DNA of 52,263 nt, counting the filler, from Dirinaria sp. TL-2023a (taxonomy: Eukaryota): the NCBI GenBank assembly GCA_051941275.1. It is 3 parts of 3 records of this genome, joined end to end, with 100 filler letters (N's around TTAATTAATTAA, not from the genome) between each part and the next. Parts side by side here need not be neighbours in the genome. Positions count along the whole stretch, not along the records: positions 17,466 to 34,822 come from JAVEBF010000433.1; positions 34,923 to 52,263 come from JAVEBF010000434.1; 1 more part is not named here. The stretch is one strand, 5' to 3'. The position numbers and the translations under genes are program-made. Positions 23,673 through 35,453 of the stretch are shown piece by piece. Each line of letters opens with the position of its first letter. Positions within the stretch are counted from its first letter, which is position 1. The notes beneath the pieces are model-generated. The model was not told where the DNA came from, ran no database searches, and saw only the letters and a list, made by a program, of their open reading frames with translations.

Positions 23673-25092
23673 TCAGTGCCCATCTCGCGGAGAGCCATCT
23701 GGTCGACATTGGTTTTGCATCCAGGCAGCCGTTGCATTTCTCTCTGACTGGTGTTTCTGCTCGTGACCAGATGCCCTCGTGTTGCCCGGTAGCATGGTGC
23801 TGATAGAAGCAGCCAAGTTCTGTATCACATAGCCCCGCAGTTCCTTTTCTTCTCGCTCATCCTCAATGAAAAGTCGGCGGCGATCTTCTTTGGGCGTATT
23901 CTCCCTCCTCATCCGTCGGATGTCATTGATAATCCACATCAGCACCTCTTCCGGCGCTCGGTTTCTGTCGCCACCGTGCATGGCTGCATTGCGCACGTAC
24001 CGGCGTGTGACATCCGTTGCACCGTCGGCGGAGAAGGCGATGCAATATGCCATTTTCCAGCCCCAGCCTAGTATTCAATTAGCCTCGATTTGATGTGGTC
24101 CTCGAAACAATAAAACCCACCTTCCGTATACATTCGAGGATTGTCCCATGCTTCCTCGCAAGCATCCACATGTATCCATCTTTTCTGATGCTCCGAGTAG
24201 ACCTCGGTCCAGCAAAAATCGCTCGAAGCCCAAACATATCTGACCCGCGTCCCCATAGCACGGCATAGCATACTGAAACAATCGGTCCATTCTCCAACGC
24301 GGCCCCTTCTGGAATGTAAGAGGGCCCAGACATCTCCATATCGAGGGAAGCGCTCATAGTGACCACATTGAGCGTTCGAACATTGGTAAAGTTCAACTTT
24401 AGCAGCATTGCGCGCAGCCTCGTCTGGCGAAGGAGGTGTGTAGCCGCGCCTGAGAGTCGGCATCCCGCAGCTGGAACAGGGGGGGTTGTTAACAAAATAG
24501 AAAAAAGATCTCTTGAACCACCTATGACGTCTCGTCAGATACTGTGAGTAAAGCTGGCGAATGAACAGAGAGCGTACCTCAAGAGTGCCTTGACCACGCA
24601 GTCCTGATACCCCCATTCTGGTTTCGACTTTCCACTGCTGAAGGCTTCGGCCTGCAGCAGCTGGCTTTCATCTTCAGCCTCGCCGTATATCCTGTCCAGT
24701 GGAACGACTTGCAGGGCTTCGTCGAGCAAGCCCGGGTTTTCGTAGCTGACGGGTCGGTGGGAAAGTGTGCGTAATTGGCTGTGGAATCTTATTGATGCAG
24801 AATCTTGTGGAGGAGTAGCGATCTTGGGATGATTGCGAAGCGATGAATAGGCAGGTGGCATGGCAGGATTCTGTATTGGCGGTGGTGGTGCTGGCCGTGT
24901 TGGTGGGCGAGAGCTGCTGGAGGTACGGCGCGATGGGGTTGAAGGGTCAACTGAGCGGTGCGAGCGCTCAACGAGATCGTTTATTCGCCGTGTTTTCAAG
25001 AGTTGCTCGAATTGTGCAGTAAGCGCATTTGCATCAATATTTTCTTTGGGCGGCACCGGCGGCGCCTGGTGAGGATGACCAGGGTCCGCCAT
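23673..25092 (-). CDS. PNG1: Peptide:N-glycanase PNG1 ortholog (transglutaminase-like core, catalytic Cys and His substituted)
   Basis: [26 protein letters not shown], two CxxC-type Zn sites, [30 protein letters not shown] and DVTRRYV. Likely start is MADPGH at 25092. Confidence 0.92.
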
Positions 25093-26456
25093 AGCTGGGA
25101 TGAAAATGGTTTCAACGGGGAAGTCTTCTGTCACTTGTGTCCGAATCGCACTGGCGAGTAGAGGTGATGTAAATGCACGATGTGTAGGAAACAATCGTTG
25201 AAGCGATGTAGTCGTCAAAGTAGCGTGATGGATAATCTGCACAGCCCAGACCGCAGCCACGGTCACTATTAGTAGCACAGCAAGGACTCCGAACGCCCGC
25301 TGGCCGGATAAGAGCTCAAGAAGACATGAAAAGGAGTCAGGGGAATCGCGAACTTTCCAGCGATGCAATGGACGTCGATGGTCTGAGGAGAGTGAGAGAA
25401 AGTAGTTGTGGAGGTTCAAGAATATTCATGCAGCAACAATAGTAAAGTAGTAGTAATAGTGAGTTGGAAGGGTTGACGAATGCCTCTTTTTTGCTGGGGC
25501 GTGCGTCGTAATCGAGTCTGATTCGTCTACAGCCCACTTCGCTCCTTACATAATCCGCCGGGAACGCCATCCGCCAACCACGTGACCGACTGTGTCTTAA
25601 TCAGATCAAAACGGAATTGGAAGCTCTGCCTCTTACTAATTCAGGAAAAGGTACCAACATGGATTCAAATTCTCTCTCTACTTTATGTATCATGTCGCAC
25701 CTAGTATCGCCTCTGCAGCTATCATGAAAGAGTCGGAGAAGCAAGGGAGTGTATCGATACCCGATAGATGTCTCGTGGCAAGTTGCACGATTGCGAATGC
25801 TTCGTGGATCCCTGGTCCAGGACCCTGGAGTTGCAGAGTATGGGACGCGCAAGCTGGTCTGGCTTGGCGTCCCTCTAGAACGAACGAGGAATCCTTCCGT
25901 GCCGCCTCGAGCTCAATAATAATGTGGGTGACTGGGTGTGGGTGTGGGTGTGGGTGGACGGGGATTCTGACGCGGCTCTTCATCTAAGGTAGGGTAAAGT
26001 AGCCACCTGCCTTAGTAGGATCGAGGATCCTACAGTACATGTATGCGCACGTGTTCGAGGCACATGAAAGGGCCTAAGGTACCCTACTGTACTGTTCTGT
26101 ACTGCACTGTAGGCCCTGTAGGTAGCTACTTTAGGCTCCATTACTATCACAGTAGTATCCAGACCTTCGAGCATCGGCTCTTTGATCGTTCTGGTACGAG
26201 TTCCTCAGTACATATCTATGCCACTCTACTGATAGCAGCATACGGTTCAGGTACGAGGTACACGGAACACCAGGCGGCTATGGGTCCTTGTCTGGTCTTG
26301 TTGAGACGCAAATGCTTCGTGCACCGCGGAACAGACAGCTTGCTTAGGGAGGAACTGGTAAAGTTGTTACGCAATATATGTATTGTAGTCGGTGATATGA
26401 AGTTGGGTATCTTTTTCTCCTCATCCGACCGGAGGCAAAATTTAGGTGTCGGTCCA

Positions 26457-29415
26457 TCAGAGGCCTTCGTGCAAATCTTGCGGACCATGGTACCTTGGCG
26501 GTAGATCGATGTCCTCCATGGGGCGCTCCACCAACGCAACCTCAATACAGTCCTTATCCGGATCTTCTCGATAGCATGGATCTATCCCGTTCGTGTCTTC
26601 CATGTTCCGGCCATTTAGCGGGACTATCCCCAAGATCGGCCGGTACATGTAAGTACTCCAGTAGGGAGGGTTCTGTGGATTTCTTCTCAACGGGTGCGCG
26701 TCGCCATGGACCGGATCCTCTCTTGTACGCATCGTCCCATTGAGTGACGCACTTGTGTCCGCGCGATTTTGCTTGACCGGGATGGCGCGGGCTTCCGCGT
26801 CATCTTCTTCACTTTCGGAAGCAGTGTGTTCTGGGCCCATTTCGATGAGTTGGCTCTTGTCGGGCCCGGCCCCGTCAATCTTGCGTAATCTACCTCCAAC
26901 ACCAAGATTGATATCCCCTTTTGGTATACGACTTCCGGCACCACTGTCTCTTGTCATTAGCCTCTCGGATGAGCTATGCGGACTTTCAGCATCTGCTCTT
27001 CCCTTTCCCTTTCCCTTTCCCTTTCGCTTTCGCTTTCGCTTTCGCGCTTTTCTTTGACCCAGCACGGTGTCCTCTTGAACGGCTTGACCATCGTCTGCCG
27101 GAGGCTCGAGATCCTTTGAAACATCGAACATCCAGAGCCATGCAGACCCATAGAGCCAGATACGCTGTTTAGTCCCGCTAACGTCCCAGATAACGCCCAT
27201 AACTCGTTCTCGAGTCTCGCGGAATTTGGAAGGTAATTTGGTGGCCAAATTTCGACGAGACCAATCCGAAAGGCGCCCAGCTAGAGCTTCGAACTCGTAC
27301 ATTTGATGCTCGCTGGTTATGACGAACAACCGATCGTTAGACGAGTTTTCCGTGATTGAGGGCCTGAAATCTAAAACTAGAGGTGCCGCCGGCAACTTAG
27401 GCAATAACTCCGCGGCTGGGCTCCTGATCCAACGCTGGCCAAACACGACTGTCGAGCATGATTCCTGCTCACGATCCGAGTCTCCGTCATCGGATTGATC
27501 AATCGTCGCGCTGCCATTCACGGCTGAGTTGGCTTCTTGCGCAAGGTCTTCGTGACCTTCAAGGACCCATGTATCGATATATCCGGACAGATCAGAGACC
27601 GCAAGCAATCTTGAATTACTTGAAAACGACACGCGGTTGATAGATCTAACATAACCTTCGAGGCCGCTGTGGATGCTGTTCTGTTCTGCTGCTATTCTGC
27701 GTATTCGGCTGAGGTGAATACTTTTCTCGCTAAAAGTAACTCTACTCCTAGTTGCTTCGCTTTCTCTGATCCTATGTAGATGGATCTCATTGTCTAGTCC
27801 AATGATTAATAGCCATCGTTTGTCCGGAGAAATACGAAGAAGTTTAGCTCCCGTGGTTGCTAGTTTTGGCGGGACTTCAATTTTGTGAACGTTGAGGAGA
27901 TCACCAGCTTTACGTGTGAGCCGGAACATACAAATTTTCGATATCGTCGCTGCTGCCAGGAGACCACCATCGGCAGACAGATCTACAGAAGAAAGAGAGT
28001 ATTCGCCCTTCAGAATACGTTAGCTTATTGCAAAGACATAACATCTGAAAGCCGGCTTACTTGTAGCTTAATCTTTGATACGAGCTTTTTGAGCCAATTG
28101 GCGGCATCGCGACTGGGGTAGTCAAAAGAATCCAATGTCAGATTTGCTCTCGATATTTGCCACAAATGCATCTCTTGACCCCACCAACTCAGCATCAGCC
28201 GCGCTTCCGGTGCGCTTAGAATGCACGGCTGCTGTGGGAGATTAGATAGGGAACGGTGATACTCCCTACCGTAAGCTCGAATCGGTGTGATGATTGGAGT
28301 TGTATCTAGCCCTGGACCCAGGCATTAGCTTGAGCGCAAACGAAAAATCGAAAGTTCTTGATACCTCCTGAAGCTAAGAAGCTGAGATCCTTGCTTTCAT
28401 AAGAAGCCATAGCCTTCACATCGTGCTTGTGCAGTCTATTGTGAGCAATTTCTTTCCACCGTCTTGGAACTTCCTTTCCAGTTTTACCATCCCTTCGGTA
28501 CAGAGTAGTTCTTCGATCCATGCCTCCACTGAAAACGCGATTCCCATCTGCACTCACGGCGAGATCAAGTATATCCGCCACATGGCTTTGAATGCGCTGA
28601 ACCAGCGCGTAGGTGTTGCCATCCCAAAACCGCACAGTACCAGTTGAATCCCCAGACACGATAGTGCCGTCCGCTGCGCACTTGACCGACCAGACTATGA
28701 TTTCCTTCGGGCCACCTATTGGGCCCGTTCCCAAGGACATACTGCGTACAAGCTGGTTACTCCGGATATCGTAAACCCGAATATTGCTATCTGCGTGGCC
28801 AGCGACAAGAATATTTCGAGTCTGGAACGTGATGCTCATGACTCGCGCTCTCTTTTTCGAAGGTCGGGCAAGTGTGCGTTTATATTGTAGGTCTTCCTCT
28901 GCAGTGGACAAAAGAACTATCGAGCCATCTGCACATCCTACGGCGATATCTTGGTGGCGTGGTGCAGGGCCATTATTCATTGCCTCAAGTTCTTGGAGCC
29001 CTTTCTGGTCTGCTTGCGTTTGCGCGGCCATGCACCATATCTCACCGTAATTACTAGTGGTGTGTCTGACGGGCTTTCCAACTCCAACATCCCATTCGGT
29101 AACGGCACTGGAGTAGCCAATGCTGAAAAGCCTTAGTCTACCTGCGATCTTTCCACCCTCAGTGTGGTCCTCGGAGGGGTCCTGGGTCCACACCAAGCCT
29201 TCAATGCTTCTGTCTTTAGCACCTCGTAGGACGCTCTCTTGATACCATGCTCCTTTCTGAGGATTCCATATCTCAATGTCACCATTGGCACGACCAATGG
29301 CGAGTCGCAGAGTATGAGGAGACTGCTCGTTACCCAAGGACGAAGTGTGCGAGAATGCGAGTGCATTGATAGCGGCTGGAGAGTAGGGCACAAAACGGCA
29401 TCTGTGGATATCCAT
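26457..29415 (-). CDS. UTP4: U3 snoRNA-associated WD40 protein UTP4
   Basis: MDIHRCRFVPY N-terminus, LRLAIGRANGDIEIWNP, WD repeats and C-terminal YRPILG..VALVERP. Two introns near 28.3 kb and 28.0 kb. Confidence 0.93.
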
Positions 29416-29691
29416 ACCCTCCCTTCATAGTCGAATAGATATTCCTGGAAAGCGAAATACTCGGACTGGGCTACATGTGGCCCAGTCAACCAGTATTGAG
29501 TTAAAAGTACTGTAAGGTAGTGTGGTGAACTGGTTCCGACTTCCAAATGCTGTTTGAGGGAAGCGAGGGAAGTTTTTCCCGAGCTCGCTTAGACAATGCA
29601 GCGCGTCACGCTAGACCTGATATGTCTGAGACTGTCCTGACACCAATAAATCTTTTCTAAGACATATTATATTATATAATTGTGCCCAACA

Positions 29692-31236
29692 ATGCCATCT
29701 TTAAGCCTGTATTCGGCGTTGCTGCTTGCTGGAGGCAGTTTCCTACTAGGTCTGCACCTATGGTCCATCAGATTAATTCTCCAGGAACAGTGGTCGTGGG
29801 CTGCAGTAGCCGTTGCCTTTGGGGGTCTTTGTATCAGCAGAGCTCATGCAACGGAGGAGGAAAGCTCTATACCGTCTCCTCGGAAGACACTACTACCTCA
29901 TCTTTCTCCTCCAGAGATCCCGAACCTGGCATACCCTCCGGAAGCTTTGCCAGGTGGTCGAGATGTTGATTCGCCGTATGGGAACTTGAGGGTATATGAA
30001 TGGGGTCCGCCCGCAGGCAAGAAAATTCTCTTCCTGCATGGCATTTCTACGCCCTGTATCGCTCTGGGTAGATCATGTTCTCCTCTGAGAATGTACGTGT
30101 GCGCTCATCTTTCTTCCAGGCAAGGTGGCGCAAGGACTAGCAAGTTCTGGTCATCGAGTGATGCTCTTTGGTAAGTGCTTCTCAATACATTTAGTGATTT
30201 TCCTTGTCATTGAAAGCTATACTATCCTTTAAGGATCATCCGGAGGGTCGTGATCCTGTAATGGTCCCTTTCAAAGAGTAATCATACTATACGTCATGTC
30301 AACCAGGACCCAAGAACATACTCTTACCATGGTGCCTCTAGACTTGTGGGGCCGTGGCTATTCTGATAATCCTAAAGAGCTGCCACACGACACAAGGCTC
30401 TTCTGCTCTGCCATGCTGCTCGCTTTGGCATCCTCTGAGCTTTGCTGGACCGGATCATCCAGATTTGCGCTTGTGGGCTATTCCCTCGGGGGTGGCATTG
30501 CCGCCGAATTTATGAGCTTCTTTCCTTATCTTGTTTCCCGTCTTATCCTTATTGCGCCATCCGGACTCGTACGTACTAAGCACGTTAGTAAATTTAGCAA
30601 GCTTCTCTATTCCAACGGAGTATTGCCCGAGCCTCTGTTGGAACAAATAGTTAAGAAGAGATTGAAAGGCCAGCCCTCTGTGGTAGTCGCGCTCAAAGAA
30701 ACCCCTAACATGACTACCGAGACTCCCACGGAGCAGGATACATCTATAAACCATGAACGGCTTCTGTTTGATGGCAATGTGGGACCTCCATCAGAATTTG
30801 CAGCTAGCGACGTGGTGGTGAGTCAATGAATAAGCTCGCCCTATAGATATATGAAGATGAGCTAAAAAGTGCAATCCGATAGAGATGGCAGGTCCTACAC
30901 CATTGTGGCTTCGTCAAGGCTTTTATGTCAAGTATCAGACATGGTCCAATCCACTCTCAGCAGCCACGGTGGCGTGTGCTTCGAGAGAAGCTGAATGTGC
31001 AAAAGAAAGCCAACCAACAGCAAAAGCAAGGGGCGAACATTGAGAGCGCCTATGTTTTGATAATTTGCGGAGATGATGACCCTTTCGTGATCAGAGACGA
31101 GATCTTTGAAGACGCAAGAGAAGTCTTGGGCCTAAAAAATATTGAGCTTCGAAGCTGCTCTGCTGGACATGAACTGCCAATGACCAACAGCACCGAAGTA
31201 GTAGAGATGATAAAAACGTTTTTATGTGCAGCTTAA
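29692..31236 (+). CDS. Alpha/beta hydrolase fold protein, multi-exon
   Basis: RVYEWGP..KILFLHGISTP, DLWGRGYSD, nucleophile elbow GYSLGG, acid residue in GDDDP and His in SAGHELP. Confidence 0.88.
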
Positions 31237-31656
31237 CATACCCAACGCAATTTGCACTGCTGTTATATGGTGTGGGAAGCTTTCCTTAAACAATCGATAA
31301 CTTTGCGAACCTGGGAAACAAGTACCTGGCTCACAGACTAAGTATGAAAACGTCGCTAGCACTATGTCACGATAGATAAGTGAGCAAATATCACTGACTG
31401 ACGCGCTTCAAAACGTGGTCTAATCGGACAGCAGTTGCTCCTTCCTTATGAAAGTGACCTGTGATTGTAAGTTACTACAGCTTCTTCACCTCCTCTTCCC
31501 TGCCTCCTCTTTGTGGCATGTTCTAACAACTCTGCACCATAAAGCTCCCTTTTGCATTTTAGTATTGATCAACAAGCATTTGTATCCCTTTGATGCAGTG
31601 TTAGCTCATAACTTGCAAGATCTAGTGCTTGAGCAGGTTGCAGTAGCACTTCAGAA

Positions 31657-33971
31657 ATGGAGGGCGAGCGATGGAAGCCTCTTGTTGAAACTCCAAGCAA
31701 GCCTCCAATACCACCCAGCATCTTGGTACCAGATCCATCGCCAGCTCGCTCAAGTGTTTCGGATGAGGAGAGCCTGACAATACTTCCGCCTTCACCGGAA
31801 GGTTCCTTCATCCACCGAAGGCGCCATGCGCAGTATGTGCCGCGGCCGCTAGTTTGGAAGATCGAACATTTTGGTCAAGAATTCAAAGACTTGGATACTT
31901 CTTATGACAACTATCCAGTAAATACAGAGCTTGGCAATAGTAACCTTTCTGGTCTTCGACTACCGGGTATATCGAGGGATGATCAAATCCGCCAAATGGC
32001 AAACGCCTTCAACGAACAGCCGCTTGTTGTCAACATGATGACCGGGCGTGATACAGAAGATACCGCCAAAGCCGAAGATGCTCACCACGCACAATTTGAA
32101 GCCGAACTTACAGCAGCGCTAGGACCAGGCTCCAAACTTGCGGTTGGGGAGCGATCTTATGTCGATAGTGGCAATCCATCTGGTGGCACTACCGCTTTGG
32201 GGAGCAACCGTTCGTCTAATCTCATGGAGAAAAACATACACACAGCCGAGAGCCTTGGAACGTCCACCCTTACTCCGCGAAATGCTGCAACTACTGCTCC
32301 CGTTCTAAATGACCCATTCACGGCTAGCGATGACTTTCCAGAGACACACCTGGCTCCTCAAGAAGCCTGGATAGAACAGAAGGGTAAACAGCGAGAAGAA
32401 GTACCTACTAGTGCCGGAGGATTACCAAGTCACGATACGACCATGGGATCGCCATCGAAGCTGGAAGAAAGCCAGCAGGAAGCCGCAATTGACCAAGATC
32501 AGGCCAAGAGCCGCTTGTCGCGTTCGAGGAACGACGAAAATGGGCTGACCTATCTAACTTCGAATCATGCTTCCCATCTAGCAAAGGCGAGCAGACTCCC
32601 CAATGCTCTTAAGAACTCTTCCGCCACGGAAGAAGCCGGGCTTGTCAACCTGCCTGAAGCACCGGAGAGTGAGCCGGCTTCGACTGTACAGCAACGCCCT
32701 ACGGCTAAAAAACGAAGCCTTAAGAATCTTATTCCTGGATCAATGCGACGGTCTACGGCTCACGATGCAGGATTTTCTAGAGCTCAGAGTCCACGACCGC
32801 TTTCGCCTGGAAATGCACCTCGCAAAGCTGTGGAAGAGGGTAAGTTCAGCTTTTCTTAGTGCATATGTTAAATCTTCAGACGTAGGCTTACTAGGTTTTG
32901 TTAGCCAAAGAGAAGCAAAACCGAGTGCAGAGGTTCAAAACTTGGAGCAGGAAGTTAACTAGTGGAATTCGCGGCAATATCAGAGGGAGCTGGTCCCGGG
33001 GTCCTTTCAAGAGCAAGAAGCTTCGAACAAGCAACATGGGATCTGATGACCTCGGAGGTTCGAGCGAGGTTCATGATGTATTGGAGCCTACATTGCATCC
33101 CCACAGCTCGGATGATGCGAATCCAGTCCGCAATTCCTCTGAGACTGGTACTACTGTTCCTAGCTCCGAAGGTCACAGCCAGAGTGCATCATCGCAACAG
33201 CCATTTGACTCCACCCACGTCGACAGAGATCGCCAGGCGCATCCTGGTAAGCCTACTATGAAAGAGGATCCACGAGACATGCAGGCTAATGCGGAAGTTG
33301 ACTCTTCGTCTCTGGTAGATTTGCCTGCATTTTTGAAGATGTTCGATCATGATAAAGAGAACAATAGGAGGTCATGGAGTTCTGGCCATGCATCCCAAGC
33401 ATCGAGGTTCCAACCCAAAGCCAAGGACGCTGCCAAGGACGATCAGAGTTCGATTTCAGCTGGCCAAAGCGGTAGAGAACAAATTCTTGTTCTCCGTCCC
33501 GAGCAGGACGAAAATAATAGTAGGAGGTCGTGGAGCTCAGGCCATGCATCCCAAGCATCAAGATTTCTACCCAAAGTCAAGCGCGATCAGGATTCGAATC
33601 CAGCTAGCCCACAAAGCATGGGAGGCCAAGATCTTGTTACGCACCCCGCGCAGAATGATGCACCAACCACGGCGTCTCCAGTACCTGTGCAAGCACCGCT
33701 CGGCGACATCACCAACAGCAGTCGTCCGAGGCTTCATCGGCCTCGCATTACAGCTAATCAACCCGAAGCATCAGGGCCTTTTCGAAGCAATGAAGGGAGT
33801 CCGACTTCTCAAGAGATGTATGAAGCACGGATGGACGAGGCACAGGAAGAAATCGTGCCAGCACCTCCTCCGGCATCGAGGCCTATGACTTCCGGACGGC
33901 CCAATGCTCTGAGGCCGGAAATACGCGAGTTGAACCCGAACAGCTCGCTATCGCGACAATCCTCCGGATAA
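31657..33971 (+). CDS. Hypothetical low-complexity, likely disordered protein, 2 exons
   Basis: Two long S/P/E-rich ORFs (400 and 357 aa) separated by a GTAAGT...CTAG intron at about 32840-32895. No recognisable domain. Confidence 0.7.
33357..33576 (+). repeat. Intragenic duplication encoding ENN(S)RRSWSSGHASQASRFxPK twice
   Basis: Two copies of about 65 nt, about 155 nt apart, differing mostly at synonymous positions. Confidence 0.85.
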
Positions 33972-34822
33972 AGCATACTCAGAGGCTTATTTACTAGGGG
34001 GAGAATGGTGGAAGATGTTTATGAAGGGGCTTCTATGACACCTGCGCAGGACAGGCGGCTTATTCTTCGGTTTGAACGAGGCTTTTACAATCCTATTCTT
34101 AAATGTTGTTTTATTCTGCTACTCGATCACAGTGCGGAGTGCAAATACTCGGGTGCGACGAGATCAGTGAGCAGCATGCGAATACTCTGCTGATAGTCAG
34201 TCGCACTACAGTACTCAATACGCTGGACGGTGTCCACCATCCACGACACTACTGATGGGTGGCAAGAGTTTTATTATTCGATCACATGTGTACAATAGTT
34301 CTGAATGCTTATCAGTATTTTCCTTTGCTTTGCTACTATGCGAGTGCGTACTCCCTGTAGAAGCCAGCTGCAATGCCAGCAGAATTGAATCCTCGCTTAT
34401 CAATTTGTATTTCCCAACCTCCTGATGACATACCTCGAGATAACCTTAAGCTTCACCGATCAGAGTTCTGGATCAGGAATTACCGATGGTTTGTTATTAT
34501 TTCTTACCTCCCTCCCTCCCCTCTACTGTAATTAAACAGCTTCTTAGCTAAATCCACACTCACGATACATGTCTACCCCCAGTCCGCGCGCGGTAAGAAT
34601 GGGAACTCGTTATTCCTCGAACTTCTCGCCTTTGACTGTATATACATGGATCGATTTACTTTTATTTTCCTTCTTGTTCGTATTGCCCTTTTTTTGGTTA
34701 TTTCACTGTGATCCTGTGATGCTGATACTGATAAGGATACAAACTTGAGATGCGTGTAGGTTTGTCGATTTCAGAACGCTTCCATGTTCTTCAGAGGGGA
34801 GGGGGGGGATCGTCATGGGGGG

Positions 34823-34922
34823 NNNNNNNNNNNNNNNNNNNNNNNNNNNNNNNNNNNNNNNNNNNNTTAATTAATTAANNNNNNNNNNNNNNNNNNNNNN
34901 NNNNNNNNNNNNNNNNNNNNNN
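34823..34922. other. Artificial contig-joining linker (N44-TTAATTAATTAA-N44)
   Basis: Identical structure to the linker at 17366-17465. Confidence 0.97.
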
Positions 34923-35453
34923 ATTGTGAACTGAGTATAACTTCTTCTCTAGGGCACCTTAGAGTAAGTCAGCCAGTGAGTCATCTTTCGTACCCTTTTC
35001 TTTTTCTGGGCTCAAAATCCAGCGCATAACCGCGCTCATGCCGGATTACTTAGACTTAGAGAAGGGATGATTTGGGGTAAAGTAAAGTAACCTTAACAAT
35101 TAATGATGAGACTACTTTTTTTTCCCCCCCTTTGGAATAAAAACCACATCATCAAAGCAAAACCATGCCGGCCCCAACCCAACTCCCGTCATGATGTCAC
35201 CGTTATATTCGATATCGATACCCGACCATGCCATGCCATGCAGTGCATTGATTATGAATGAAATACTCACATCACCGTAGTGGACCCCCTTATAGCTTTC
35301 GCGGTAGGGGCTCTCTTCTGATTGTTGCGAATCATGTCATTGCCCATGTGACAGCAATTTCCTCGGATGCAAGGTCGCGCTGGCTGTGGAACGCCAGTTG
35401 AACGAAAATGTGCAATGCGAACCGAGTTTAGGAGCTGATTTTTTTTTTTTTTT

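Noticed and set aside
25934..25956. (GGGTGT)n tract resembling a telomeric repeat
   Set aside because: Short internal microsatellite, not TTAGGG, and not at a contig end.
26990..27055. RKRKRKRKGKGKGKG run as a possible Kex2-repeat precursor
   Set aside because: It is a hexanucleotide microsatellite inside the UTP4 coding frame, probably a basic nuclear or nucleolar signal. No signal peptide or core repeats.
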